Shown one piece after another: positions 18,939 to 28,499 of a stretch of 38,611 nt of DNA. A program made the position numbers and the translations under genes. The notes beneath the pieces were generated by a model that did no database searches, had not been told where the DNA came from, and was given only the letters and a program-made list of their open reading frames with translations. The DNA is from a virus (Duplodnaviria; Caudoviricetes), in IMG/VR virus record IMGVR_UViG_3300044513_002895, positions 1 to 38,611 of that record; one strand, written 5' to 3'. Position 1 is the stretch's first letter. Each line of letters starts with the position of its first letter.

Positions 18939-19709
18939 TTAATTTGATGTAAACGGATTAGTTTGATTAGAGAATCCTAATTTTTTATTGTAGGTAGGAG
19001 CTTGAAAGCTGCTTGCACCTGGCGTTCCCTGTCCTAATCCAGAAGCTATTGGTTGGAATCGAGTCGCATTTCCTATCTGTGGCATAAAACTACCACCTGA
19101 AATTGCTTGAGCTTCAGGACTAAGACCAGCAAAAAATTGTGATCCTGCTGCTTGTTTTTGTAATGCAGCTGTTCCTGCCCCTTCTATAACTGGTTTAGCG
19201 TCTGGAATTGCTTGTCCTAATGCAGCTGCTGAGGATGCTACACCTTGTATTCCTGTCCACATTTGCTCTCTACCAGCTGCCATCTCTTGACCAAGACCAG
19301 CAATCTCTGTTGATTCACGCTTCTCTCTCATCCCTCTAATGTTAGCTTCTTCTTGTGCAATTGCTTGTTGTCTGGCAGCCTCCTGTCTGTCTAAGTCTGC
19401 TGATATTTGTTGTTGCACCTGTGCTTGTTGAGCTCCTACTTGACCTGCACCTCCTACAATACCACGAACACCTCCAGACCTTAGAGCCTGTACAGTGCTT
19501 TCAGCTTGCCTTGTAGCTGATAAAGTTTGCATTTCTGCGCCTAAAGTAGACACCCTTAAGTCTTTAGCTACGTTTTGAAGTTCTTGTCTTTGGAAATTTT
19601 CTAAGGCTTTCTTCGCCTCCTTAGCTCTCTTAGCACCTTGTACGGCTTGTGCAGCTCCTGCTGCTGCCGAAATACCTAGTGCTATTGCTGTTGCTGTTGC
19701 TACTGCCAT
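18939..19709 (-). CDS. Putative DNA ejection/pilot protein (256 aa)
   Basis: Hydrophobic Ala/Gly N-terminus (MAVATATAIALGISAAAGAA) and a Gln-rich coiled coil, typical of podovirus ejection proteins. Confidence 0.68.
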   Translation of the reverse strand: MAVATATAIALGISAAAGAAQAVQGAKRAKEAKKALENFQRQELQNVAKDLRVSTLGAEMQTLSATRQAESTVQALRSGGVRGIVGGAGQVGAQQAQVQQQISADLDRQEAARQQAIAQEEANIRGMREKRESTEIAGLGQEMAAGREQMWTGIQGVASSAAALGQAIPDAKPVIEGAGTAALQKQAAGSQFFAGLSPEAQAISGGSFMPQIGNATRFQPIASGLGQGTPGASSFQAPTYNKKLGFSNQTNPFTSN

Positions 19710-20110
19710 ACCTTTAACATTTCAGTTACGTTATCATCTGAAACCAGATAACCTGATTTCTTATATTTATTTAGTAGGCTCTTGTTCTTTAATATAACAT
19801 GAGCATACTTGTACCCTCTTTCTTCTGCCAGCATTACTATGCCGTCTATCAACAACTGTATTGCATCTGATCTGTCTTTTTCTTTGTATTCCTTGTTAGA
19901 TACAACAAACTCTGTCAATGCAACTTTTGAATTTGTTAGGTAAATAAAACCTGCACAAATATCAACATCCCCTTTGGATACCATAAGTCCTCCAGTTCCA
20001 TTCTCTGGGAGAAAATCTTTAGGAATTACTTCCCATCCCCAGGCTTTCCACCAGTCTACAAGGGTGTTTTCATAGTCCCCTTCAACTAGCCTTCTTATAT
20101 TAAATTCCAT
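19700..20110 (-). CDS. GNAT-fold acetyltransferase-like protein of the podovirus tail/ejection block
   Basis: IRRL..D N-terminus, VVSNKEYKEKDR..AIQLLI motif-A-like region, LLNKYKKSGY end; sits just before the ejection genes. Confidence 0.68.
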   Translation of the reverse strand: MEFNIRRLVEGDYENTLVDWWKAWGWEVIPKDFLPENGTGGLMVSKGDVDICAGFIYLTNSKVALTEFVVSNKEYKEKDRSDAIQLLIDGIVMLAEERGYKYAHVILKNKSLLNKYKKSGYLVSDDNVTEMLKVWQ

Positions 20111-20115
20111 TAATG

Positions 20116-20129
20116 CAAAGATACTAATT
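20116..20129 (-). promoter_or_regulatory. Bacteroidota-type -7 promoter element (AATTAGTATCTTTG)
   Basis: Exact TAnnTTTG ending 5 nt before the ATG at 20110. No clear -33 box. Confidence 0.65.
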
Positions 20130-21130
20130 TATAAAGTACGGTATCTAGAGCGTATTTCATCGATGATGTGAGTGGATATAAGGTACTCTTTGTTAGGATC
20201 TAATTTATCTATTTGCCATTCAGGGTTTCCACACTTGTCATGCATCCACAAAAAAGCAGAGTATTTATATACACTTATCATAGAAAAGAAAGTATTTAAC
20301 GCATCTTTCTTATCGGTTCTATAGTTAGTCCATTCAGGATTGTCCTTTTCTATAGCCCAAACATCACATATAGGACCACCATACCAACATCTGTCCCAGT
20401 AAGAAGCCACTCCAACGTGACTTTCATACAAGTATAATAAGTTTAGCGTCATGTTAAACTTTAGCCCTATGTCATGTAGGTGTTTCTTTATAACCTCAAG
20501 TGTTAGTCTTTGCCAAGAAAACTCATCTCCAATATAAACCGCATCTGTTCTAGAGGTAAATCTATCGTCATGTAGCATCTCTCTTATCATGTAATGCTCA
20601 GGATCAAAGTTAACCCAGCAATCATTTCTTGGGAAGATAGGTATGTGATCATATCCTCTAACCTCTCTATGCCTTCCTGGAATACAATCCTCTGGTGTTA
20701 GTTTATTGTAGTGACACGTATGCGGATCATATGAAGCACAGAAAGCATTTGACAATGTGCTTGGACTAGGCATAGTTCTAAAACATATGTCGTCTGTATC
20801 TATATAGCTACCCCCATATTTATAAAGTAGAAGCAGTCTAAATAAGTCTGACCTTTCTCTCGCTGAGGTTGAGTTATATATGTTTTTAATTTCTTTTATA
20901 TTCTCTAGGTCTTCTATAGGACTATATATACTATCGTCCCACGTTACTGTTTCAATACTATACTTAGGGTCAAACATATCTTGTTGCAACGAATTTGTTA
21001 CAAGGTATATTGGTCTGTTTCGATTATGATATCTTGCTGAGTACAATGCATCGTCCAGTATTTTTTTTCGCTCTGTAGATATTGGACCATCCCAGTAATA
21101 GATTAGATTGTGTTTATTTTTTTGGATCAT
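20129..21130 (-). CDS. Glycosyltransferase, GT32-like (DXD sugar-binding)
   Basis: RSDLFRLLLLYKYGGSYIDTD is the GT32/OCH1-type signature. Confidence 0.88.
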   Translation of the reverse strand: MIQKNKHNLIYYWDGPISTERKKILDDALYSARYHNRNRPIYLVTNSLQQDMFDPKYSIETVTWDDSIYSPIEDLENIKEIKNIYNSTSARERSDLFRLLLLYKYGGSYIDTDDICFRTMPSPSTLSNAFCASYDPHTCHYNKLTPEDCIPGRHREVRGYDHIPIFPRNDCWVNFDPEHYMIREMLHDDRFTSRTDAVYIGDEFSWQRLTLEVIKKHLHDIGLKFNMTLNLLYLYESHVGVASYWDRCWYGGPICDVWAIEKDNPEWTNYRTDKKDALNTFFSMISVYKYSAFLWMHDKCGNPEWQIDKLDPNKEYLISTHIIDEIRSRYRTL

Positions 21131-21767
21131 ATTTAGATTTGTATGTTTTTATATCTTCATCTTGTATCGGTCTAAACTCTGATTTATTAGAAGTAACAGA
21201 TACCTTGTCAGTGTACAGATAAAGGTTTCTAATAAACCATCCATTTCCTTTTACATAGTTTAGTAAGTAGTCATCTCCACACGCTATCTTTAAGTCTTCT
21301 GGTATGTTTACCCAATTAGACTTCTTGATAAAAAACAAACAACCCCACCCCCATCCACGTTCTCTTCCATCTTGAGGTTGCTTGCCTATCATATAACTTC
21401 CATCTCCCTCTACCTCTGGATAATAGTTTGCTGAGTGCATTCCTATTACACCCTTATCTATATGTTGCTCGGCAAAGTCTAGTACATCAATTGAGTCAAA
21501 GAGTATGTCATCGTTTGCTATGCATATGTTTTCATTCTTTGCAGTATGCACACCTAGGTTCCAGGCAGGATTTACATAAATATTTTCTTTTTGTTCTAGC
21601 AATACAATTTTAGGAGAAGAAACTCTCAGTATTCTAGCTTCTGGATTGTTGTCTATGATTATAATTTCACTAACACGATCATCGTCAATCATGCAACTAA
21701 GCATGTAGTTTATTCTTGGTGACGCCCATAATGTAGGAACTACAACACTAAATGGCTGCTTTGTCAT
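21114..21767 (-). CDS. Glycosyltransferase, GT2-like (GT-A fold)
   Basis: FSVVVPT, EIIIIDNN, YVNPAWNLGV, ICIANDDI, GCLFF and GDD motifs. Confidence 0.88.
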   Translation of the reverse strand: MTKQPFSVVVPTLWASPRINYMLSCMIDDDRVSEIIIIDNNPEARILRVSSPKIVLLEQKENIYVNPAWNLGVHTAKNENICIANDDILFDSIDVLDFAEQHIDKGVIGMHSANYYPEVEGDGSYMIGKQPQDGRERGWGWGCLFFIKKSNWVNIPEDLKIACGDDYLLNYVKGNGWFIRNLYLYTDKVSVTSNKSEFRPIQDEDIKTYKSKYDPKK

Positions 21768-22446
21768 CTTTCTCTCTTATTTGACCGTAATAGTCTGCTA
21801 TAAACTTAGGCTTTAAATGATATACGCCAGACTCTTTCATGTCGTTATCTACTCTCTGAAACATTTCTTCTTGCTTTACGTCTCCCATACCTGATATATG
21901 ATACGTGCTCATACCCCATCTGTATATCATAGACATCTCAGGATACTCATGTATCTTACCGTTATGAAAGAATGTAAGCCAATTGTCTTCACCAAAAGAC
22001 TGATCAATCCATTCTATTCTGGATATGTAATCTTTAGTATATATGTTTCCGTTGTTTATAGAACTGCCTCTGTCTTGATACTCGTTATTGCTAAAAAAGT
22101 AATGACCTTCTGATCTATAAACGTCAAAGTCTGGATTCTCTGTAATCACTTTCTTTGCATCTCTCAAGCTAAACTCTGTTAGCAAATCATCATCGTCTAG
22201 TCTAAACATATAGTTGTTTTTGGCAAGTGAAAATGCAAACTTTAGTTTTGCTAATATAGAAGGAAATCTTTCTGTGTGATTTATAATCTTCACTCTGCCA
22301 TCTACACCGTCTAGTAAATACTTTACTTCTGGTGCGTCATTTACGATGATCATCTCAGTATCCTTCTCATTCTGTCTCAAGAAAGATTCTATAGCCTCTT
22401 CAAGTATGTGGTGTCTTTTGTAGGTTAGTGTTACTACTGATATCAT
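21748..22446 (-). CDS. Glycosyltransferase, GT2-like (GT-A fold)
   Basis: ISVVTLTYKR..L.EAIESFLRQ, EMIIVND, FRLDDDD and FGED motifs. Confidence 0.9.
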   Translation of the reverse strand: MISVVTLTYKRHHILEEAIESFLRQNEKDTEMIIVNDAPEVKYLLDGVDGRVKIINHTERFPSILAKLKFAFSLAKNNYMFRLDDDDLLTEFSLRDAKKVITENPDFDVYRSEGHYFFSNNEYQDRGSSINNGNIYTKDYISRIEWIDQSFGEDNWLTFFHNGKIHEYPEMSMIYRWGMSTYHISGMGDVKQEEMFQRVDNDMKESGVYHLKPKFIADYYGQIREKDDKAAI

Positions 22447-23420
22447 GCTCCTGTTGTTATGGTTACGTACTCGCCTGTATCTGGATTAAGAACTTGTACA
22501 ATGTGTTCTTCCTCTTTTCTCAAGGCTTCTTTAACCATTTCATAGTACTTATGTCCACAGGTATTTGTTTCGTAGGTTTTGTCTAGAGGGGGAAACTCGT
22601 TCATGTATAGTGCCTTAAAGAACTGTTTATCATTCCCAGCAACTACACCAGCGTTATGATAGATTGCGTTCTTGTCCCATTGGTCTATTCCAGAGGTAGA
22701 CCAGGTAAAGTCTAGCTCAGGTATAACCATTGTTTGGTTTCCTCTTTTCCAAAGATTCCAAAGTACAGCCCACATATCAGCACACCATATCTGCACCTCG
22801 TGGTGACTAGGATCCGCCTCCTTCTTTTCTCCATTAAGCTTAGATATATCTACATATAATCTTGTACAGTCTCTTTCCACATCTCTCCAGTAGAACTTAT
22901 CTATATTCTTAATCATATATTGAGCTCCTCCTGAATGATGCTGGTTTTTTCTGACTGTCTCCTCATCTATAGCCATGATAGTTAACATCTTCTCCAGGAC
23001 ATCTCTGCCCTTTGAGAGTATGTAGTCGTATCCTATATAAGATATGGTGTCTGATAAATAGCATATCTCATCTCTAGTTAACTTTTCTGTTGGCAATGGT
23101 TTGGTTAATGCAATATCACAGTCGTGATAGAATATGTGATGCTTATATAAGTCTGGATATTTGTCGAAATGTTTTTGTAATATGTGTGGTCTTATACTAG
23201 ATATGTACCCACGTTCTGATCTAGTGTCATCGTAAAATTCAAATGTTACACCAGGATATTTTGTAACCATAAGTTCATAGTGTGGGTCTACATTTCCATG
23301 TATAGCACAAACTACATGAACATCTTCTAAGTTTACATTCTGTTTTCTGAAAGAGTGGAGCATGGTATCGATTTGCCATGCATAGTATTTAGTTGCTGGT
23401 TGAGCACAAACGTATTTCAT
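22443..23420 (-). CDS. Putative GT-A glycosyltransferase resembling peptide O-glycosyltransferases (HPAT/SERGT, GT95/GT96-like)
   Basis: YYAWQ...MLHSF, Y.SSIRP, a DxD in FYHDCDI, GGAQY and WCADMWA follow the motif order of the HPAT/SERGT domain as recalled. First gene of the GT cluster. Confidence 0.62.
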   Translation of the reverse strand: MKYVCAQPATKYYAWQIDTMLHSFRKQNVNLEDVHVVCAIHGNVDPHYELMVTKYPGVTFEFYDDTRSERGYISSIRPHILQKHFDKYPDLYKHHIFYHDCDIALTKPLPTEKLTRDEICYLSDTISYIGYDYILSKGRDVLEKMLTIMAIDEETVRKNQHHSGGAQYMIKNIDKFYWRDVERDCTRLYVDISKLNGEKKEADPSHHEVQIWCADMWAVLWNLWKRGNQTMVIPELDFTWSTSGIDQWDKNAIYHNAGVVAGNDKQFFKALYMNEFPPLDKTYETNTCGHKYYEMVKEALRKEEEHIVQVLNPDTGEYVTITTGA

Positions 23421-23422
23421 AA

Positions 23423-24376
23423 TTATGGGTAGCTTTTAGAGATCTCCGAATTTACGGCAAAAATCTCTATAGGCTCGGTACTATTGTTAATTAATTTAAT
23501 TTCTGCATAGTACCCCTTCAAACCATAACTTTCAGCAATAGGATTTTTAGCGGAGAACATAAAGTCTCCTGGATTTACAACAACAGCTGACCCACCTACT
23601 GAGAGCGACTGATCTGTTCTTCCTGATACATTTCCTATAAACTGATATGAACCACCAACGGCTCTAAATAATGCGTCTCCAACAGATATATTGCTAGGGA
23701 CAAGATTAAACGTGTAAGTTAAATTATCGAGTAGTACTAAATTTCCAATGCCTTGTACAGATAGCAACTCAGGTTTAGCTGCATCTGATTCATCACGTCT
23801 TATATATGAATAGTATAGACCTTCTTTTTCCTTGAATGATTCTTTGTTTACATGACCTTTGTCTAGATCCGTAAGTATAGTTACATCCCAGTTTCCGTTG
23901 TCTCCTTCTATTTCTATTGTCTTAAATATTTTAATTTCTGATGGCGATGCGTTAGATACAAAGGTAACCTCTGTATTGTACTCTTCACCATAGAATTTGT
24001 TTCTGGAGTCTTCGTTTGCATGATGTTTCCACAGCTGACCATCTTTAAATGTATAGAAGTCACTGTTCATGTTTATCATATTCTCAGGTAGATAAGAATA
24101 AAACGTAGTCCATCCTTTATTGTATTCAGAGAATGCTAATGTTTTTTCTTCGCCATCTCCTTTTATTGGATTTACATACTCGTCTAATATGCTGTCTGGT
24201 TCTATAGGCAGTGAGTACTCTCCAGAAGTCACAGGGTTAACTGGACACTGGTCTGTAAGATACTTTGGTCTATAGTCTGGATCTCCAGGAAGGTTGTCCT
24301 TAACCTGGTTGGTTGCCTTACCATTTACATATTTTCTGAGGCGTTTTACCTCCGCATAACCTGATCTATACTTCAT
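23423..24376 (-). CDS. Tail stabilisation protein, C-terminal portion (317 aa)
   Basis: TLAFSEYNKGWTTFYSYLPE...FYTFKDGQLWKHH...NKFYG...KIFKTIEIEG...FKEKEG...GLKGYY resembles the C-terminus of crAss-like stabilisation/muzzle proteins. Confidence 0.72.
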   Translation of the reverse strand: MKYRSGYAEVKRLRKYVNGKATNQVKDNLPGDPDYRPKYLTDQCPVNPVTSGEYSLPIEPDSILDEYVNPIKGDGEEKTLAFSEYNKGWTTFYSYLPENMINMNSDFYTFKDGQLWKHHANEDSRNKFYGEEYNTEVTFVSNASPSEIKIFKTIEIEGDNGNWDVTILTDLDKGHVNKESFKEKEGLYYSYIRRDESDAAKPELLSVQGIGNLVLLDNLTYTFNLVPSNISVGDALFRAVGGSYQFIGNVSGRTDQSLSVGGSAVVVNPGDFMFSAKNPIAESYGLKGYYAEIKLINNSTEPIEIFAVNSEISKSYP

Positions 24377-24380
24377 ACTA

Positions 24381-24394
24381 CAAAGATACTAAAT
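24381..24394 (-). promoter_or_regulatory. Bacteroidota-type -7 promoter element (ATTTAGTATCTTTG)
   Basis: Exact TAnnTTTG ending 4 nt before the ATG at 24376; shares 12 bp with the site at 20116. Confidence 0.65.
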
Positions 24395-27300
24395 TAACAC
24401 TTATCGTAATCTGGAAGGTTCTTTGAGTTGCCAGTCTCAACAACAAAACCATCTTTAACAAGCATATAGTTATTGTTTTCTATATCAAACCACATAGGCT
24501 CCTCACCTTCAGAACCGAAATAGGTTACTATGTCTTCCGCCAAATAATATCCATCTAAGTAAGGTGTGCCATAAACATCTGCATATAATTTAACGCCTAT
24601 TGTGTTAATGTATTTTGCACCCCTTGGTGGGAAAAATATAAGTCTTCCTCCGTAGTCTGGTGGATTGTTCTCCTGTACGTATACATTATTCCAGGTATAA
24701 GATGTTGGAATAGGAATAGCGTAATCAGTTACATAAGTAGTTAGATCTTGTATAGTTTTTCTGTTTGCTTTTGCAGGAACATCGGCTCTATCTTGTATGT
24801 TATAAAACACGTTTCTCTGTACAGTTCTCATTACAGCATGACCATCCTCTGATTGATCGTTTGTAAACAAAAACCAAGTGGCATCAAATCCATGGCTTGC
24901 ATAAGTAGCTTCATCGTATAAAATATCTTCATTCACACCTTCGTTTATAACTTGATTAGGTGTGCTTGGAATCACAACTGGGTCACATATAGACATTACA
25001 ATAATGTCAAAAACTCCATCAAGCTTTACTAGTTCTCCAGTGTACTTAACATACACAATTGTAAAAGGGCTTTGTGAATAAAACTCTGCTCTTCTTACAT
25101 ACCCTGGTGCAACATCGTAATTTAAATTAGCACTATCGGTGTATGCTGAATAAGATATTTCTATCACAGAACTTCCGTCAACAACTGTAGGTGCCTCTGG
25201 TTCAGGAAGTACATCAACTCCCCATGGTCTAGTTATATACAATCTAGGTTGTCCATCTGGTTGATTATAGTCCGCATATATGTTGTGGATGGGCAGTCCA
25301 TAATATCCGTCAGAAAGATAGTCTGGGTTTGTTGTAGAATCTACATCTGTATAAGTGTATTCTTGGTCTACTGACCATGAATCTATCAGTCTGTCGTATG
25401 TTGGAGGAGAGGTTGCTATAGACTCTGACAGATTAAATAGTCTTGGTTTGACTTGAAATCCTTCTCTTATTAAAGCATACCAGTTTCCGTTTGGTGCAGG
25501 CATTACATTTAGAACTTCAAGGTTAGGATTGTTATCACCATCAACATCAGATGGATCATAAGATATTGGTGTCCATGTTACAAAATCATAAGTAAGCAAA
25601 TAATTAAGTGAAGAATATCCTCCCACTTGCAATTTAAACTCACCAGTGTATGGGTTAACATCTAATCCATAACTCCATGTTTGAAAATCGCTACTAGTAT
25701 AAGTAACATTATCAGTAGTCGTTAAAGATGTCATCTGTGTCCACGTCTGACCCCTGTCCGTTGTTGTATAGTAATGGTAGTCACCGTGTTGTATTATTCC
25801 CTTTTGACCATATGCTGCAAGCTGCCTCACAGGGCTTGTGCTCCAAGCTAAAGACGTTTGTGAAACTTCATAAGTAGCCCAGTTATTACCATCTGACATA
25901 ACTGCTTGATTGGCAGGGAGTATCCACGACTTTCTACCTGCGCTGAAATTTCTACTCTCCATAATCCATAAGTAACCGTCTGTATATTGAAATTTTGGAT
26001 TGCTACTATAAGACGTATATGCGCTTGCGTTAGATAAAACATTCCAGGTTGAACCAAAATCTAAGCTATATATAAACTCTGGATTTCTTTTTGCTTCAAG
26101 ATGTATAAATGGATCTATTCCGTTTGCCTCACAATTTATACTATATATATATGTAGAAGTATCTGGATGCGTATATAGTGGCGTAAAATTAGTTCCGCCA
26201 TCTGTACTTTCAAATAAGACCCAATCCTCATCAACCGCTGATACTGGTCCATTAATGTCCCCAGTTGCAAATATCTTGTTTCCGTATGGAGCCATTCTAT
26301 ATGGTGATAGACCAGCAGGCGTTTGTGCTGCACTGTTTCCTGTTGATGTTGTTGTTTGACCTACTATATCCCAAGAATACCAGTAGAAAGTGCCAAAATT
26401 TGGATCTTGACTAACATCATATCTTGCATTATGAAACAATATATTGCTTCCATAAATGATAGAATCGCCTCCATAGGCAGTATCATAAGGTCCTATTATG
26501 CTGCTTGTTAATCCTGAAGGAACGCCAAATGTTGCTTTATCTTCCCAACCCTGAGGCACCACACCAGTAAACCAGCCTTCTTCATTTTTTATTTTTACTT
26601 CCATCACACCATTTACCAGCCTGTTATTTGTCATAACATTGTTCTGATAGTTTGCACTATCATCTGTATGACTTGTTATAACAATGGTTCTTCCATTAAA
26701 GTAAAAAGGACTTGGATATTTTTCTGGGTATACGTAGGTGTCTCCAGTAACTGAATGCACTTGACTTATTGTAGGTAGATCTGTGTCTGTCCAGTTAAGA
26801 CCAAAATTCCAAGATACTGCGTATTTATCTTGAGTCGTAAATAAACACATTCCGTTATCGGAAATAGATAATGGCATATTCTGATAAGGACCGCTACTCA
26901 TAAAGAGTACATCGTCATAATTAAAGTCTACACCTTCATAAGTAGGAGGATTCCCTAGATTGATTTCCCTAGCCAATACTGGTCTTATTTCTCCACCATT
27001 ACCAACACCTTGTTCACTTAGGAATCCTCTAAATAGTCCCCACTGGCTAAATGTAGACTGCGTAGGAGAAACCATTCTCGGCAAAAAAACAAATATATAA
27101 TCTTTGTCTATGTCGACCCAAAGCCTACCTCTGTTAAAGTTGTCTAATCCATTGTTGTATAAGGTTTCTATGTCTTCAAAATCATTACTATGATTTGGTC
27201 CATCCCATATTACTTTATAAAAAGTAGCTCCATCATCAACCGACTTGTATATTAAATTTTCATGATATACCGAATAATTCCTATTTATTAAGGCATACCA

Positions 27301-28476
27301 CACATGATTTTCGATATTGCTATCATAACCAGCATAGACTATGTCATTCCAATATGTGTAAGGTACATAAGTTGTGTCTCCGTTTTGTTCAGTTATTGTT
27401 TGCCATGTTTCACCTGCATCAAAAGATATTCTAGGTATTGTGTTTGTGTTACTATTATTGTATGAATAGTGCATCGATATCCATGTGTTTTCACGAGTAA
27501 TTAATTGTCCATAAGGTTCAATGGCACTTGTTGTACTGTCGTTGTTTTTTATTGTTCTACTTTGTGATATCTTAGAAAATGAATATCCATTTGTGGTTGA
27601 CCATAAATATGTATTACCTTCCTGTGACTTATATAGAGGACTGTACCACGCTCTGCTACTTGCAACAAACTCACAGTCTCCAATTTTAGACAAATATGGT
27701 TTTGATGTTCCAAAACTGTGTCTTTTAAAAAGATAATTAGGTGCACATGAATCCTGATATCTAATCCATCCGTATGTACTTCTAAAACCATCTTGAAATA
27801 TCATAGTAGCTTTGTCAAAGTCAGCTGTAATTGTTATTGCAACATTACCCCAATACATATCTACATTTCCTGTATATAAACTATTGCTAACAAAAACACT
27901 TTTACTTAAACTACCAGTAACAGTTATACCTGGATTTTCTGAATACAATGTGAATGCATCGTTTTCTTCATCAATATAATAATCGTATGTTGTTTGATAC
28001 ATTCCAGCAAACAAAAAAACTGCATCACTTGCATAGGCTCCTGTATAGTTGTTTTGTCCAACGTTTATAGTGAAAGGCGTTATTCCGTTTATTCTCGGAG
28101 AACCCCCTTGACCTGTGAAAACAATATACTCAACCGTAGGCAGGCATGAAGCTATAATTTTTTTGGTGAAAAAGTTTATATAAATTTCATTACTGTTATC
28201 GTCAGTTGGATCTAGGTCTGGTATGTTATACGATAAAGTAACTGTAACTGTTTGTGTTCCATGAACACCAGTGCCATCTCCATAAAATTCTGAATAATCA
28301 TTTCCATAGGTAATTGTCATTGGACCATTATTAGTGGTATCCCACTCTTCTCCGCTTATCGTATATATCTGTGGAGCGTTTGTAAATATATATCCTTCTT
28401 GTGGCTTAAAAGAATATACAAATTGACCTGATTGATTTTCTCTTAAACAAACTTTATGTATTGTTGTTTCTGCCAT
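24394..28476 (-). CDS. Large Asp-box (BNR) beta-propeller protein, putative receptor-binding/tail appendage (1360 aa)
   Basis: Repeated S/T-x-D-x-G-x-T-W/F boxes: SFDAGETW, SVDDGATF, SWNFGLNW, STDGGTNF, SLDFGSTW, TTDRGQTW; Tyr/Gly/Asn/Ser-rich; no signal peptide. Confidence 0.78.
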   Translation of the reverse strand: MAETTIHKVCLRENQSGQFVYSFKPQEGYIFTNAPQIYTISGEEWDTTNNGPMTITYGNDYSEFYGDGTGVHGTQTVTVTLSYNIPDLDPTDDNSNEIYINFFTKKIIASCLPTVEYIVFTGQGGSPRINGITPFTINVGQNNYTGAYASDAVFLFAGMYQTTYDYYIDEENDAFTLYSENPGITVTGSLSKSVFVSNSLYTGNVDMYWGNVAITITADFDKATMIFQDGFRSTYGWIRYQDSCAPNYLFKRHSFGTSKPYLSKIGDCEFVASSRAWYSPLYKSQEGNTYLWSTTNGYSFSKISQSRTIKNNDSTTSAIEPYGQLITRENTWISMHYSYNNSNTNTIPRISFDAGETWQTITEQNGDTTYVPYTYWNDIVYAGYDSNIENHVWYALINRNYSVYHENLIYKSVDDGATFYKVIWDGPNHSNDFEDIETLYNNGLDNFNRGRLWVDIDKDYIFVFLPRMVSPTQSTFSQWGLFRGFLSEQGVGNGGEIRPVLAREINLGNPPTYEGVDFNYDDVLFMSSGPYQNMPLSISDNGMCLFTTQDKYAVSWNFGLNWTDTDLPTISQVHSVTGDTYVYPEKYPSPFYFNGRTIVITSHTDDSANYQNNVMTNNRLVNGVMEVKIKNEEGWFTGVVPQGWEDKATFGVPSGLTSSIIGPYDTAYGGDSIIYGSNILFHNARYDVSQDPNFGTFYWYSWDIVGQTTTSTGNSAAQTPAGLSPYRMAPYGNKIFATGDINGPVSAVDEDWVLFESTDGGTNFTPLYTHPDTSTYIYSINCEANGIDPFIHLEAKRNPEFIYSLDFGSTWNVLSNASAYTSYSSNPKFQYTDGYLWIMESRNFSAGRKSWILPANQAVMSDGNNWATYEVSQTSLAWSTSPVRQLAAYGQKGIIQHGDYHYYTTTDRGQTWTQMTSLTTTDNVTYTSSDFQTWSYGLDVNPYTGEFKLQVGGYSSLNYLLTYDFVTWTPISYDPSDVDGDNNPNLEVLNVMPAPNGNWYALIREGFQVKPRLFNLSESIATSPPTYDRLIDSWSVDQEYTYTDVDSTTNPDYLSDGYYGLPIHNIYADYNQPDGQPRLYITRPWGVDVLPEPEAPTVVDGSSVIEISYSAYTDSANLNYDVAPGYVRRAEFYSQSPFTIVYVKYTGELVKLDGVFDIIVMSICDPVVIPSTPNQVINEGVNEDILYDEATYASHGFDATWFLFTNDQSEDGHAVMRTVQRNVFYNIQDRADVPAKANRKTIQDLTTYVTDYAIPIPTSYTWNNVYVQENNPPDYGGRLIFFPPRGAKYINTIGVKLYADVYGTPYLDGYYLAEDIVTYFGSEGEEPMWFDIENNNYMLVKDGFVVETGNSKNLPDYDKC

Positions 28477-28499
28477 TTTATTTTGCTTTTAAATCATAT

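Noticed and set aside
20129-23420. GT cluster as a host LPS/capsule locus or a DNA-modification system
   Set aside because: No flippase, polymerase, GtrA/B, sugar-synthesis or base-hydroxymethylase genes nearby, no obvious TM segments, and the genes are embedded co-directionally in the virion module. Disfavoured rather than formally excluded.
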